This document shows positions 26,064 to 34,784 of a DNA stretch of 34,784 nucleotides, piece by piece; the stretch's first letter is position 1; every line of letters begins with the position of its first letter. A program made the translations under genes and the position numbers. The stretch spans positions 1 through 34,784 of the IMG/VR virus record IMGVR_UViG_3300037962_000405; one strand, written 5' to 3'. The notes beneath the pieces were generated by a model. It saw only the letters and a program-made list of their open reading frames with translations, was not told the DNA's origin and did no database searches. The stretch comes from a virus. Lineage: Duplodnaviria; Caudoviricetes.

Positions 26064-26489
26064 CTAAGTCCTTATTTTTCGAAGAAGAATCGAGACTAGA
26101 GCTATGAACTCGCGCGTCTCGTGAATCGTATCGTAATTAAATAGAGGCTCCTGTTCGAACCCGACGAGACGGGCGTTACTATAAGTTCCGCCTGTCCTGA
26201 TCGCGTCCCGCATTTCCTCAACATAGTCGACCAAAGCGTCGACCTCGGTTAGCGACTCAGGGTCGACCCCTTGCCTAACAACTAAATCGACTCGGTAATC
26301 GTGGTTAGTATGATCGCGGCTCAACAGTTCTTCGACTTCAGCGCCGAGCCAGACGCAAACATCGAGACGACGGAGTCCTTCTCGTTCGAAAACGGGAGTC
26401 GCGACTCGCTTCGCTGTTGCTGATAACGAAAGAGACGCCGCGTTTATCGTCGTGACGATAGCGTCGGCGATGTCAGATAATTGACTCAT
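26064..26489 (-). CDS. Tail terminator-like protein
   Basis: 141 aa just upstream of the tail tube. Confidence 0.6.
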   Translation of the reverse strand: MSQLSDIADAIVTTINAASLSLSATAKRVATPVFEREGLRRLDVCVWLGAEVEELLSRDHTNHDYRVDLVVRQGVDPESLTEVDALVDYVEEMRDAIRTGGTYSNARLVGFEQEPLFNYDTIHETREFIALVSILLRKIRT

Positions 26490-26492
26490 TCG

Positions 26493-26858
26493 TTACCTTG
26501 TCTGTTTCGTATGAATTCGAATGATCTGTCGATAAGGATCACTGTATTCGTAATGACGTGAACCGCTAGGACTAACGACCGGATAGATTAACTCTTCCCC
26601 GTCGACAACCTCGCGAATCTCGTCTCCCCGTTCGGGCGTGATCTTATGCCCTCCGAGTTTGAGATCGTCCGCCCGTACGAGGAAATCTCGACTCTGGCTT
26701 GATTCAAACAAGCCGGAGAGAGAGAGTTCCTCGTACTGCGTACGACCTATAACAGCCGTTAACTCGACGGACTCGTCCTCGCGCATATAGCGGATAGTGA
26801 CTCCCGCCATACTTTTAAGCGTCTCGAAGTTCGTCGCAATAACTGACTGCATTGTCAA
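26493..26858 (-). CDS. Head-tail joining protein (gpFII-like)
   Basis: SRDFLVRADDL...PERGDEIRE...RIHTK. Follows the capsid gene. Confidence 0.65.
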   Translation of the reverse strand: MTMQSVIATNFETLKSMAGVTIRYMREDESVELTAVIGRTQYEELSLSGLFESSQSRDFLVRADDLKLGGHKITPERGDEIREVVDGEELIYPVVSPSGSRHYEYSDPYRQIIRIHTKQTR

Positions 26859-26866
26859 AGTATCAC

Positions 26867-27784
26867 CTAGCTGATTAGAGCGTCGGTATCGCCTACCGAA
26901 TCTGCGACAATAATCGGCGTGTTAAAACTACTGCTTGGGATTTCAGCCGGAGCGCCGCTCGGTGAGTAGCTTGTTCGCGACTGTTGCAATTGTGCGAGGC
27001 TACGTCGTGACATCACCAAGAAATCGGGAGCGCGTCCCGCTGGGAATTTACTCAGCAAATCGGCGATCATGTCGTCGGTTAGCTTCGCGGAGCTATCCTC
27101 GGTAATGTTACGAATTGCACCGACGCTGTAAGCGCTGCCAAGTTGTAGACCCATCCAAGCGCTAATCGGAGTATAATAAGCCGGATAAGTTCCAGTCGTA
27201 CCGCTGAGTCGCTGAACGACGGTCTCGCCGATATTGATAATGCCATTTTGTCCAAAAACAATATGTGAATCTGAAAGCCCAGTTTTCACAGCCCAGACAC
27301 TTGAACCGGTATCAGCCGTTGAACCACCCGCGTCTACACACATAGAATTACTCAGCGCGCTGATTTCATCAGCGAATCCGCCGAACCCGCCGGACTGGTC
27401 GCCGTTAATGATTTCCTTCTCTGCGTTGAACAGGGCGGCTCGAAGATGATTGACGGCTTCTGTTGCGAGTGCTGCGCTCGCTCCGCGTTCATCACTCTCG
27501 GCGACTGCTACGTCCATTGAATGCGAAGCGTCGAGAATCTTACAGGAGACAGTAACTTTCGTGTACTGACTCTTTGAGTTCTCGCGTCCGTCATTCTCAG
27601 ATCGGAAGCCGACCGTCGGTGACGTTGTTAACTTTAGATAGTCGTATGTGTTGCCAGCTATGCTTCTAGCCGCCATAGCGGAAAGTACAGGGGCATCGTT
27701 TAATACGTCGCTAATGATACCGATATCGAGATCACTATCGTTAAATTTTGCGACGTCAGAAGTTGTTAAAAAAGAATCAGCCAT
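26867..27784 (-). CDS. Major capsid protein
   Basis: 305 aa with a strong GAGGAG RBS. P.VGFR..N.G...IINGD....F.G...PDFLVMSRR...F..PII..D. Confidence 0.85.
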   Translation of the reverse strand: MADSFLTTSDVAKFNDSDLDIGIISDVLNDAPVLSAMAARSIAGNTYDYLKLTTSPTVGFRSENDGRENSKSQYTKVTVSCKILDASHSMDVAVAESDERGASAALATEAVNHLRAALFNAEKEIINGDQSGGFGGFADEISALSNSMCVDAGGSTADTGSSVWAVKTGLSDSHIVFGQNGIINIGETVVQRLSGTTGTYPAYYTPISAWMGLQLGSAYSVGAIRNITEDSSAKLTDDMIADLLSKFPAGRAPDFLVMSRRSLAQLQQSRTSYSPSGAPAEIPSSSFNTPIIVADSVGDTDALIS

Positions 27785-27814
27785 TTGAGTTTACTCCTCT
27801 TTGTTTACGCTGAA

Positions 27815-28924
27815 CTATTCAGAAATTTTGCGATCGAATCGGGAAGCAAACGCGGCTATCGCGTCGCTACCGGTTGACTCGCGGAAAGAATTAAAACGAG
27901 CCTTCGCTTCTTCCTCCTCTTGGCTAACAGCCTGAGAGAATGAAAGAGGCTCGTCTTCGCCACGTTCGACGGCTTCGAGTCGGATTGTTAATTCGGCGAC
28001 CTGATTTCTCAGTTCGTCGCGTTCCTGTTCGATCGCCTGATAATGTAGCGCTGTTGCGTCTGCTTCGGTCTTACCCTCGGCGAACCACTTAGCGCCGTTC
28101 TCAACTCCAAACTTTTCCATGAATTGGGATAGTTCAGCGCGAGCGTCTTCGTTTGACAGTTCGACGACTTCTTCGATTTTCTCGTCGACCGCGTCGACGA
28201 TGTCCTCGAGAATTTCCTCGACTGCGTCCGTGTTGTCTTCAAGATCTTCGGCGACCTCCTCGACTGCGTCGTCGAATTGTTCGTCGAGTTGATCTTCGAC
28301 TTGTACGTCTTCTGCGACGTCTTGTCGATCTTCACTCATTTCTTCATCTCCGTTAATGAACTCGACGACCACTGGGTCGCCTCCAGAAAATACAGAACTC
28401 GACGTATTCTCGTCTGCGCCCTGCGGACAAATGGCACAACCTCGAAACGGCCACGAGCGGATAACCGCCGCTTCCCCTTCGAGTTCGTACCCGTTGACTT
28501 TTGCACTTGCTCCCTTAGCTATGTTCTCGACCTTGATCCCGTCTCCGCCGAATGCGATCGAGGCTTCCCAAGGGACGCCCGCTTTAGCTTTAAAGATGAT
28601 CTCGCTCGCGCGGTCGTCATCTTTAAACGGCGTCAGTTCACCGCGACAGACAAGACCTTCTTTCGTGACCTCGAATTCGTCGAGGTATCCGATAATCTCG
28701 TTAGCGTCGTGATTGAAGTCGAGCGGGATTCGATCTTTAGTGAGCCGCATCCCGTCGAGATCGTGGACGACGTTCCCCCAATACCAATGCTCGATCGGCT
28801 GCGAACTACGAGCGAGTAGCGTTACTTTGTGCGAGTTCGACTCGCCGTCTGAATGAGAGAAATTAACCTGACATTCGCCAGAGAGCGTAAACGCATTAGA
28901 GGGAGCCTCGGATCTATTCGTCAT
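27815..28924 (-). CDS. Prohead protease-scaffold fusion
   Basis: IPLDFNHD..EIIG...GVPWEASI...AICPQGADENT protease domain followed by a very acidic helical tail. Confidence 0.82.
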   Translation of the reverse strand: MTNRSEAPSNAFTLSGECQVNFSHSDGESNSHKVTLLARSSQPIEHWYWGNVVHDLDGMRLTKDRIPLDFNHDANEIIGYLDEFEVTKEGLVCRGELTPFKDDDRASEIIFKAKAGVPWEASIAFGGDGIKVENIAKGASAKVNGYELEGEAAVIRSWPFRGCAICPQGADENTSSSVFSGGDPVVVEFINGDEEMSEDRQDVAEDVQVEDQLDEQFDDAVEEVAEDLEDNTDAVEEILEDIVDAVDEKIEEVVELSNEDARAELSQFMEKFGVENGAKWFAEGKTEADATALHYQAIEQERDELRNQVAELTIRLEAVERGEDEPLSFSQAVSQEEEEAKARFNSFRESTGSDAIAAFASRFDRKISE

Positions 28925-30281
28925 TCTGATTGTCTCCGAAGAAGTTGATTATCTTATTTAGACTCGTCGACACGCCGAGGCTACTGATTTGCTGTTCTTC
29001 TCGTGCGAGTTGTTCCACGACGTCGTTAAATTCGCGACCGTGACGCTCGCGGACTACCTGACTCCTCGTTTTGAGTCCTGCAGCGATCGCGAGAATATCC
29101 CCGAGTACTTCTTTCTGCGGATCGACCCAAGGCGTCCCGCTATGAACCCACTCGAACCGAACGTCGGCGGCTGTCATTCCGCTGGGTAGACTTAAATCAC
29201 CGTCGGCGACAAGAAGTCCGAGTCGCCAGCCGGTGATTCTCTGCAAAAGTTCGCGGAGTTGTTGTCGCTTGCTATGCGTTGATTTCTCGTAATGAATCCA
29301 CGCGCTACGACTGGAGCTATAGTTCGTCTTTGATTCGTCTGCGAAACTCACGGGAATATCTAAACTCTTGAGAGCCATTCCGAGAGCCTGATCCATATAG
29401 TGCTGAAACTCCATCGGCGGCGACTTGCTCTCGAGGAATTCCGCGCGGTCGCCAGCTTCGAGGTCGAGTTTGATCGGGTTCGTTCCTAGCTTGACGTCGT
29501 AACCGTCGCCGCTTGCGTACTCTCCGAAGTTGTCCGTTGATTCGCGATAGAATACGAGGCTGAATAACTGCGAGACTTTCATCTTCGCGAGAGCGTATTC
29601 GCTCGCCTCGGCGATATCGCGGAAGACATTAACCGCCGGAGCGAGCGGACTGACTCCTCGAACCTGATCAAACCGATCGAAGTACCCCAACTGATAGACT
29701 CGAGACGCCGGAACCCATCGCTCAAACTCATACCCTCGCCTATCATCGCGACCGTGTACCGCGATCGCTCGCATACGTCCTGCGCGTGAGACCCTGACTC
29801 CATGCGTGACTATTTGTTTGTCGTCGACCTGATCGGGATTGCGAACCCGATCGCCTTCGATGACTTGTAAATGACCGCTCGAGAGCTTCACGAGGAAGAC
29901 GTCGCCGTCGACTGTTCGTCTCTGTTCACATAAACGAATAATCGAAGGTAGTGAATGCCGCCGAGCTACGTCGCAGTTGAAAGGACTCGAGAACCACTCG
30001 ACAAACTTGTCGAGATCTCTATCGAGTCCCTTGTCGCCTGTTCGCGGCTGAAAAGTGAAGGCACTCACGTAATCCAAATGACGACGCACCGCCCAAGCCG
30101 CGAGGCTGAAGTTCTGCGTCAGATCCCGCGCGCCTGCGGTTAACTTCTGACGCTTCGTCGGAGTGAGTAGATTGTCGACGCTCTTGAGCCGCGTTGATGG
30201 CTGTCGGCGTTTCTTATCACTTTCACCCGCTTCGTAGTTGAACCGGACGGGACTCGGCTTATTTGTTTTTGATTTAATCAC
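28914..30281 (-). CDS. Portal protein, lambda family
   Basis: ARDL.QN...VDGDVF...DQVRGVSPLAP...NYSSSR...PWVDPQKE. The start is likely GTG 30281, which gives a GTGA overlap. Confidence 0.93.
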   Translation of the reverse strand: MIKSKTNKPSPVRFNYEAGESDKKRRQPSTRLKSVDNLLTPTKRQKLTAGARDLTQNFSLAAWAVRRHLDYVSAFTFQPRTGDKGLDRDLDKFVEWFSSPFNCDVARRHSLPSIIRLCEQRRTVDGDVFLVKLSSGHLQVIEGDRVRNPDQVDDKQIVTHGVRVSRAGRMRAIAVHGRDDRRGYEFERWVPASRVYQLGYFDRFDQVRGVSPLAPAVNVFRDIAEASEYALAKMKVSQLFSLVFYRESTDNFGEYASGDGYDVKLGTNPIKLDLEAGDRAEFLESKSPPMEFQHYMDQALGMALKSLDIPVSFADESKTNYSSSRSAWIHYEKSTHSKRQQLRELLQRITGWRLGLLVADGDLSLPSGMTAADVRFEWVHSGTPWVDPQKEVLGDILAIAAGLKTRSQVVRERHGREFNDVVEQLAREEQQISSLGVSTSLNKIINFFGDNQNDE

Positions 30282-30517
30282 GAGAGATTTATCGAGGCGA
30301 CTCGCGGTCGCGTTCCCTTCTCGGCTCCGACGATCCGCTTCCAATAGCGGAGTTCATCGAGCGCCTGTTTGCGGTCGTACCTGATCTGTGTTCCGTCGAC
30401 GACAACGGAGACAATACCGGCGTTTTGTTTTAAGGCGGTCTCTAAAATTGAGACCATTTGCTCGGCGTACGAAGGACTCGTCGACGCGGCGTCTGAATGC
30501 GTAATGTTCTGAGGCAT
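30278..30517 (-). CDS. gpW-like head completion protein
   Basis: SVVVDGTQIRY...EL.YW, directly upstream of the portal. Confidence 0.7.
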   Translation of the reverse strand: MPQNITHSDAASTSPSYAEQMVSILETALKQNAGIVSVVVDGTQIRYDRKQALDELRYWKRIVGAEKGTRPRVASINLS

Positions 30518-30647
30518 AATTACATTTTGCCTTAAGCGATCGAATGTTCCGATATCATGCGATGGATGAAAATGTCAGACGGGTATTATGAATCTTTGAC
30601 GTTTGGCGCGAGTCTGTCTTAATAAGAAGATAAGGAGAACAGGTTAT

Positions 30648-31322
30648 ATGTCGCGAGTTCTTGTAATTGGTGATACTCACTGTCCCGTTATGATCGACGG
30701 GTACGTTGACTTCCTTAAAGACATAAAGAAGAAGCATAAGACCGACGCGGTCGTTCATATCGGCGACGTCGTCGACTTCGGGGCGATTAGCTTTCACGAG
30801 AAGAACCCGTCGAGTCCTTCGCCGGTCGATGAGTACAGGCTCGCACTAAGTCAGGTAAAGCGACTTTATAAAGCATTCCCCGACGCCGTCGTCATGACTG
30901 GTAATCATGACGCGCTACCGCGTCGACAGGCTCGGACGGTCGGAGTCCCCGTCGAGATGATCCGTAATTACGCAGACATCTGGGAAACGCCCCGCTGGGA
31001 TTGGCGACCTCGTTACGCGATCCACCAGATCGACGGCGTCCTGTACGCTCACGGTGATCGAGGACGCGGCGGACAGAATGCGGCGATGGCGAACGCGAAG
31101 GAACATTTCTCGAGCTGGGTTCAAGGTCACTTACACGCGCAGGCGGGCGTCACTTATTTTGCTAATGAGAACGTAATTATATTCGCGATGAATGTCGGCT
31201 GTGGAATTGACCGCGACGCCGCCGCGATGGACTACGGATTCAAGTTTAACAAGAAACCGATTATCGGCTGCGGCGTCGTTATCGACGGGGAGTTCGGCTT
31301 GTTCGAGCCGATGAAGATATGA
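30648..31322 (+). CDS. Calcineurin-like metallophosphoesterase
   Basis: GDTH, GDVVD, GNHD, AHG, GHLH motifs. ATG 30648 follows TAAGGAG. Confidence 0.92.
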   Translation: MSRVLVIGDTHCPVMIDGYVDFLKDIKKKHKTDAVVHIGDVVDFGAISFHEKNPSSPSPVDEYRLALSQVKRLYKAFPDAVVMTGNHDALPRRQARTVGVPVEMIRNYADIWETPRWDWRPRYAIHQIDGVLYAHGDRGRGGQNAAMANAKEHFSSWVQGHLHAQAGVTYFANENVIIFAMNVGCGIDRDAAAMDYGFKFNKKPIIGCGVVIDGEFGLFEPMKI

Positions 31323-31537
31323 CCAGACGCTCCGAGAATTGGTTTAATTCCGCCGAGGTCTCTAAACTCCGGCGGCTCGTTTCGCTTCGCGATCAACAGC
31401 TAAATTTGATCCGTCAGGAGCTAACCGAGCTTCTCACGGTGACGGAGAAGAACCGGAAGAAACTCGAGACGAATCATCCTGATCTATTGCATCTGATAAC
31501 GAGCGTCTCTGCTCGTCTCAAAAACCCGCTGAAATAG
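31319..31537 (+). CDS. Small coiled-coil hypothetical protein
   Basis: 72 aa, ATGA overlap. Confidence 0.6.
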   Translation: MTRRSENWFNSAEVSKLRRLVSLRDQQLNLIRQELTELLTVTEKNRKKLETNHPDLLHLITSVSARLKNPLK

Positions 31538-31575
31538 CCTCCAAAAAATAATCAAAAAAAGTGGGTTTACTCATG

Positions 31576-31604
31576 TTGACACTATATGTGTTCCGACATA
31601 CAAT
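31576..31604 (+). promoter_or_regulatory. Early promoter P4
   Basis: TTGACA-17-TACAAT with an A-tract upstream. Homologous to P1-P3. Confidence 0.88.
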
Positions 31605-31646
31605 AATAGACATACTTAAGACATTAACAAACAAGGACACGAGACG

Positions 31647-31874
31647 ATGACAAGCGAATTATACACAGTAGTTTTTAACGGAAACACGTTCGACGAAAAG
31701 GATTTGACCCTCGAAGCGGCGTTGGATTTAGTCGCGTCTTATGACTTGAATCAATGTGATAATGTTCCCGTTGCAATCAAACGCGGTGAAATGTTGATTG
31801 CCAACATTAGCAACACGGGCATTAAATGGTTGCCCACATATGTGATGGAACTTGTAAATCTATTTACCAACTAA
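31647..31874 (+). CDS. Early hypothetical protein
   Basis: 75 aa, conserved leader. Confidence 0.75.
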   Translation: MTSELYTVVFNGNTFDEKDLTLEAALDLVASYDLNQCDNVPVAIKRGEMLIANISNTGIKWLPTYVMELVNLFTN

Positions 31875-31903
31875 CCGTCGACTCAAACAAGGACACGAAA
31901 CAA

Positions 31904-32152
31904 ATGACGAACGCAACACTTCAGGACGCACTCAAAAAAGAAGAATCGCATTTGGAAGCACTTCGCCTAGAACTCGCATATGGATCTCATCTTTACAACC
32001 GAGTAGAGACAGTTGATCTAAAGGAAGCTCTAGCGACGAGTGAACAAACGGTTGCAGCTTACAAGTCAGAACTGAAAGCACAGGAAGAAGCATATAAACG
32101 TGAAGAAACTCGACGATGGTTGAACGGTTTACCATCTCAACAAGAAGACTAA
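31904..32152 (+). CDS. Early coiled-coil hypothetical protein
   Basis: Start reassigned to ATG 31904, which follows ACAAGGACACGAAACAA. Confidence 0.75.
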   Translation: MTNATLQDALKKEESHLEALRLELAYGSHLYNRVETVDLKEALATSEQTVAAYKSELKAQEEAYKREETRRWLNGLPSQQED

Positions 32153-32184
32153 ATTAACAACTAACAAAGAAGGAAACCAAGACG

Positions 32185-32376
32185 ATGTTTTTCCAAGTAT
32201 ACACACACGGCATGAAACACTTAGAGGGACGCCCAACGCCAAGACTAATTCAAGAGGTGAACAAATCGTCAACGGGATACGTCGACGGATTTTATAATAA
32301 CGGGCAATGGAGATTCGCAAGCGAAGAAGACAACGTACCCGAGATAGTTCGAGTAACGGTTCGTCCTAGCGAATAG
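32185..32376 (+). CDS. Early hypothetical protein
   Basis: 63 aa, degenerate leader GAAGGAAACCAAGACG. Confidence 0.65.
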   Translation: MFFQVYTHGMKHLEGRPTPRLIQEVNKSSTGYVDGFYNNGQWRFASEEDNVPEIVRVTVRPSE

Positions 32377-32381
32377 ACCAA

Positions 32382-32639
32382 CTAACCATCGACCTCGGGG
32401 ACGAACTCCCGATCGTCCCGCCACTGTCCGCAATTCAGACATTTCGTCCGCCGCCAGATAACCGCGCAGAACACTAGACCGCTCGGAAGTCGACCGCTCG
32501 AGTCGAGGCGTCTATGCTGGGTATATTTGCTCCGCTTACTCGATCCGCATTTCGGACAGGTCGACGTGATCGTATCCACGATCTCGACCTTCTTTGTCTT
32601 CGCCCCTCGCGGGCGTCCTGCTTTGCGCTTCTTCGCCAT
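32382..32639 (-). CDS. Zinc-ribbon protein (Ogr/Delta-like pattern) with an AT-hook-like N-terminus
   Basis: KRKAGRPRG, CPKCGS...RRTKCLNCG. GGAG RBS. Confidence 0.65.
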   Translation of the reverse strand: MAKKRKAGRPRGAKTKKVEIVDTITSTCPKCGSSKRSKYTQHRRLDSSGRLPSGLVFCAVIWRRTKCLNCGQWRDDREFVPEVDG

Positions 32640-32651
32640 AATACAAACTCC

Positions 32652-34721
32652 TTACATATACTCGACGTTATTTCGTTTCTTTTTGCGGACAACGCGATCG
32701 TTGATCGAGCGACGCGGCGTCATTAGGTCACAACCGAGCATCGACGCGCAGACGCAGCAACCGACCAGACAATCGAGGAAGTGATTATCCGGCCTGTCGG
32801 GTCTCGTCTTCCACTCGTCGACCTCGCGACCTCGACCAGTCGTCCGGACGCTGTACTCGGAGCGAATCTGGTCGCTCATCATCTGGAGCCGCTGCCTGTT
32901 GACTTTAAAAAACGTCAGAGCGCCCGTGTCACCCTTCGCCGTCTTTAGCCGCGACATCAAAAACGACTTCCAGAAGTTCGTATCATAGAGAACGTGACGA
33001 ATCGACCGCTTCCCCCTGATCGCTGGAACCCGCCAATTAAGACCGACCCGCTCGCCCGCCTTCCGTTTGTAGTCGCTAAACGGCTGAGAACTCGCCCCGA
33101 CATATCGACCGTGACTCGGGAACAGTTTCGCCCGATGCGGACTCTGACGGATGAACCGATAGACAGTGTCCGTCGACTGTCCGTAATTCGCGTCTATCAT
33201 CAGAATTTCAATCTGCATCGAGGCGCCGTCGGATCTCTTGTACTCACTAGTCATCAGGCGATTAACCAGACTATCGAGAGCGGCGGTTAACTGTCCCTCG
33301 AATCCCGCGTTCGGAGTTATCGTCGCGAACGTCTTTTTCGTTTCGCGGAGCGTAAAGTATGTGCGACCCTGATCGGGGTACGCTCCGAACTCGACGAGAT
33401 GACCTGTAAAATTTTGACCCCAAGCGACGACCGTATAGTACAAGAGCGTCGCTTGTACGTCGACGAAACAAGTGATCCGTTCACACTCGAGCGGGATCTC
33501 TCGCTCTTTTAAGTCGATGACCCTCGCGGCGATCTCCGAGTCGGCGACCTGATCGACTTCGTCTCTCTGCGCGACTGGGTCGTTCTGATATTCCGCGAAG
33601 AAGGCGTCCTCGTCTCTTAACCTAAGATTCCACGCATTCTGAACGGCTGAGATCTCGTCCTCGTTGAATCTATGATCCCAAGCGACGACCGCGCCTTCGT
33701 CCATCTCCTCGCGGTTCTCTTTATAAAACTCCGTCGCCTTCGAGCCGTCGCCGCCTGACTTCAGATCCTCCTCGCGGATCTCTCCGTATTTCAGCCATAG
33801 CGACTCGTTCTTCGGCCACTCGTAAATTAGGCGAGTACGCTCGCCTTGCCAGTCGGGATGAATATCCCGATCTAAAATCCGGTCGGCCATGTCGCCCTGC
33901 TTAATGACCGTGCAAGGCATGATCCCCGAGATCTTCGTATTCGGAGCGGCTAAACCCAGAACCGCCCCCGCGAGGATCGCTTCCCGCGTCGCGCATTGGC
34001 TCGGACTTCTCGCTGACTCGTCGGTCTGCGGATCGTCCACGATAACCAGTTCAGGACGGACGCTCGACCCGTCGCTCTTTTTGTGCTTAAGACCGCGAAT
34101 CCGTCCGGTTATCCCCGTAGTCTTAACGATAACCCCTGACGCCTTCGAACCCTTGATCGTCGGTAATACAATCGTTTTCTGTGTCCAGTTGATCTGGGTT
34201 CGCTTCCCCTTATACGTTTGCCCCTTCGCTCTCAGCGTGATTCCGTCGAGACATCGAATCGGATAACAGACCTCGGGGAAGTCTTCGTCGAGAAGGTCGT
34301 TATTCTCGAACTCCGCTTTTATCGAGTCGAGCATCTCCGACGAAGACTCCTCGCTCGCCCCGATCAAACAGACGAATTGACGATGACCGTATATGATCGA
34401 CCAAAGCGCCGCCGTTTCTGCGAGTGACGTCTTACCGAATCCTCGAGGACATGCCATCGCAAACAGTCCGCCCTTTAAGACCGCCCGCTCGATGCGGTCG
34501 ATGATCTTGAGATGATCCTCCGACCAGTCCAGCGAATAAACGTCTGGGAAGTACGACTCGCAGAAGTCGCGGAAACTGCGACGGGATTTCTCGCGGCGTT
34601 TCTTGTTGACGATCTTCGGAATCTCGCCGATATCGCGAGCGGCTTTTGAGTTCTCGCGTTGTCGTTCTGCGGCTCGTTCCTTGTGCCGTTCATATTGCAG
34701 AGATCGCGAGTCAGGCGAGAT
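32652..34721 (-). CDS. terL: Terminase large subunit, GpA-like (start uncertain)
   Basis: PRGFGKT, VIVDDPQ, ITCFVDVQ, MIDANY, NHFLDCLV. The frame stays open for 95 codons upstream of ATG 34457. Confidence 0.92.
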   Translation of the reverse strand: MSPDSRSLQYERHKERAAERQRENSKAARDIGEIPKIVNKKRREKSRRSFRDFCESYFPDVYSLDWSEDHLKIIDRIERAVLKGGLFAMACPRGFGKTSLAETAALWSIIYGHRQFVCLIGASEESSSEMLDSIKAEFENNDLLDEDFPEVCYPIRCLDGITLRAKGQTYKGKRTQINWTQKTIVLPTIKGSKASGVIVKTTGITGRIRGLKHKKSDGSSVRPELVIVDDPQTDESARSPSQCATREAILAGAVLGLAAPNTKISGIMPCTVIKQGDMADRILDRDIHPDWQGERTRLIYEWPKNESLWLKYGEIREEDLKSGGDGSKATEFYKENREEMDEGAVVAWDHRFNEDEISAVQNAWNLRLRDEDAFFAEYQNDPVAQRDEVDQVADSEIAARVIDLKEREIPLECERITCFVDVQATLLYYTVVAWGQNFTGHLVEFGAYPDQGRTYFTLRETKKTFATITPNAGFEGQLTAALDSLVNRLMTSEYKRSDGASMQIEILMIDANYGQSTDTVYRFIRQSPHRAKLFPSHGRYVGASSQPFSDYKRKAGERVGLNWRVPAIRGKRSIRHVLYDTNFWKSFLMSRLKTAKGDTGALTFFKVNRQRLQMMSDQIRSEYSVRTTGRGREVDEWKTRPDRPDNHFLDCLVGCCVCASMLGCDLMTPRRSINDRVVRKKKRNNVEYM

Positions 34722-34784
34722 AAAAGCGTCCTCGTAATTTTTTCATTTTGAACTCAACAAAGAAATTTTTTCGTGCCGCGTGCG

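Overview
The window reads as most or all of a ~34.8 kb tailed dsDNA phage genome (siphovirus-like). The host is plausibly a Planctomycete, an inference from recalled protein families. On the minus strand are a GpA-type terminase, gpW-like adaptor, lambda-type portal, protease/scaffold, capsid, tail tube, chaperones, tape measure, tail proteins and small membrane proteins (18.4-34.7 kb). A replication block (4.2-12.3 kb: SNF2 helicase, SSB-like protein, primase-polymerase, AT-rich origin, UvrD-like helicase, VRR-NUC) is bracketed by two divergent CsrA-like genes, and a detached structural block occupies 0-4.2 kb. On the plus strand are two early-type islands (13.1-18.4 and 31.5-32.4 kb) driven by four related sigma70 promoters with a shared spacer palindrome. 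About 13 consecutive small genes in these islands each carry a near-identical leader, ACAAGGACACGAGAC..ATG, which resembles the CsrA binding consensus. The main hypothesis is a phage-encoded CsrA circuit acting on a repeat-delimited, shuffling early-gene array. No integrase, DNA polymerase, endolysin, tRNA or CRISPR was recognised. All family assignments come from reading motifs by eye, not from database searches.
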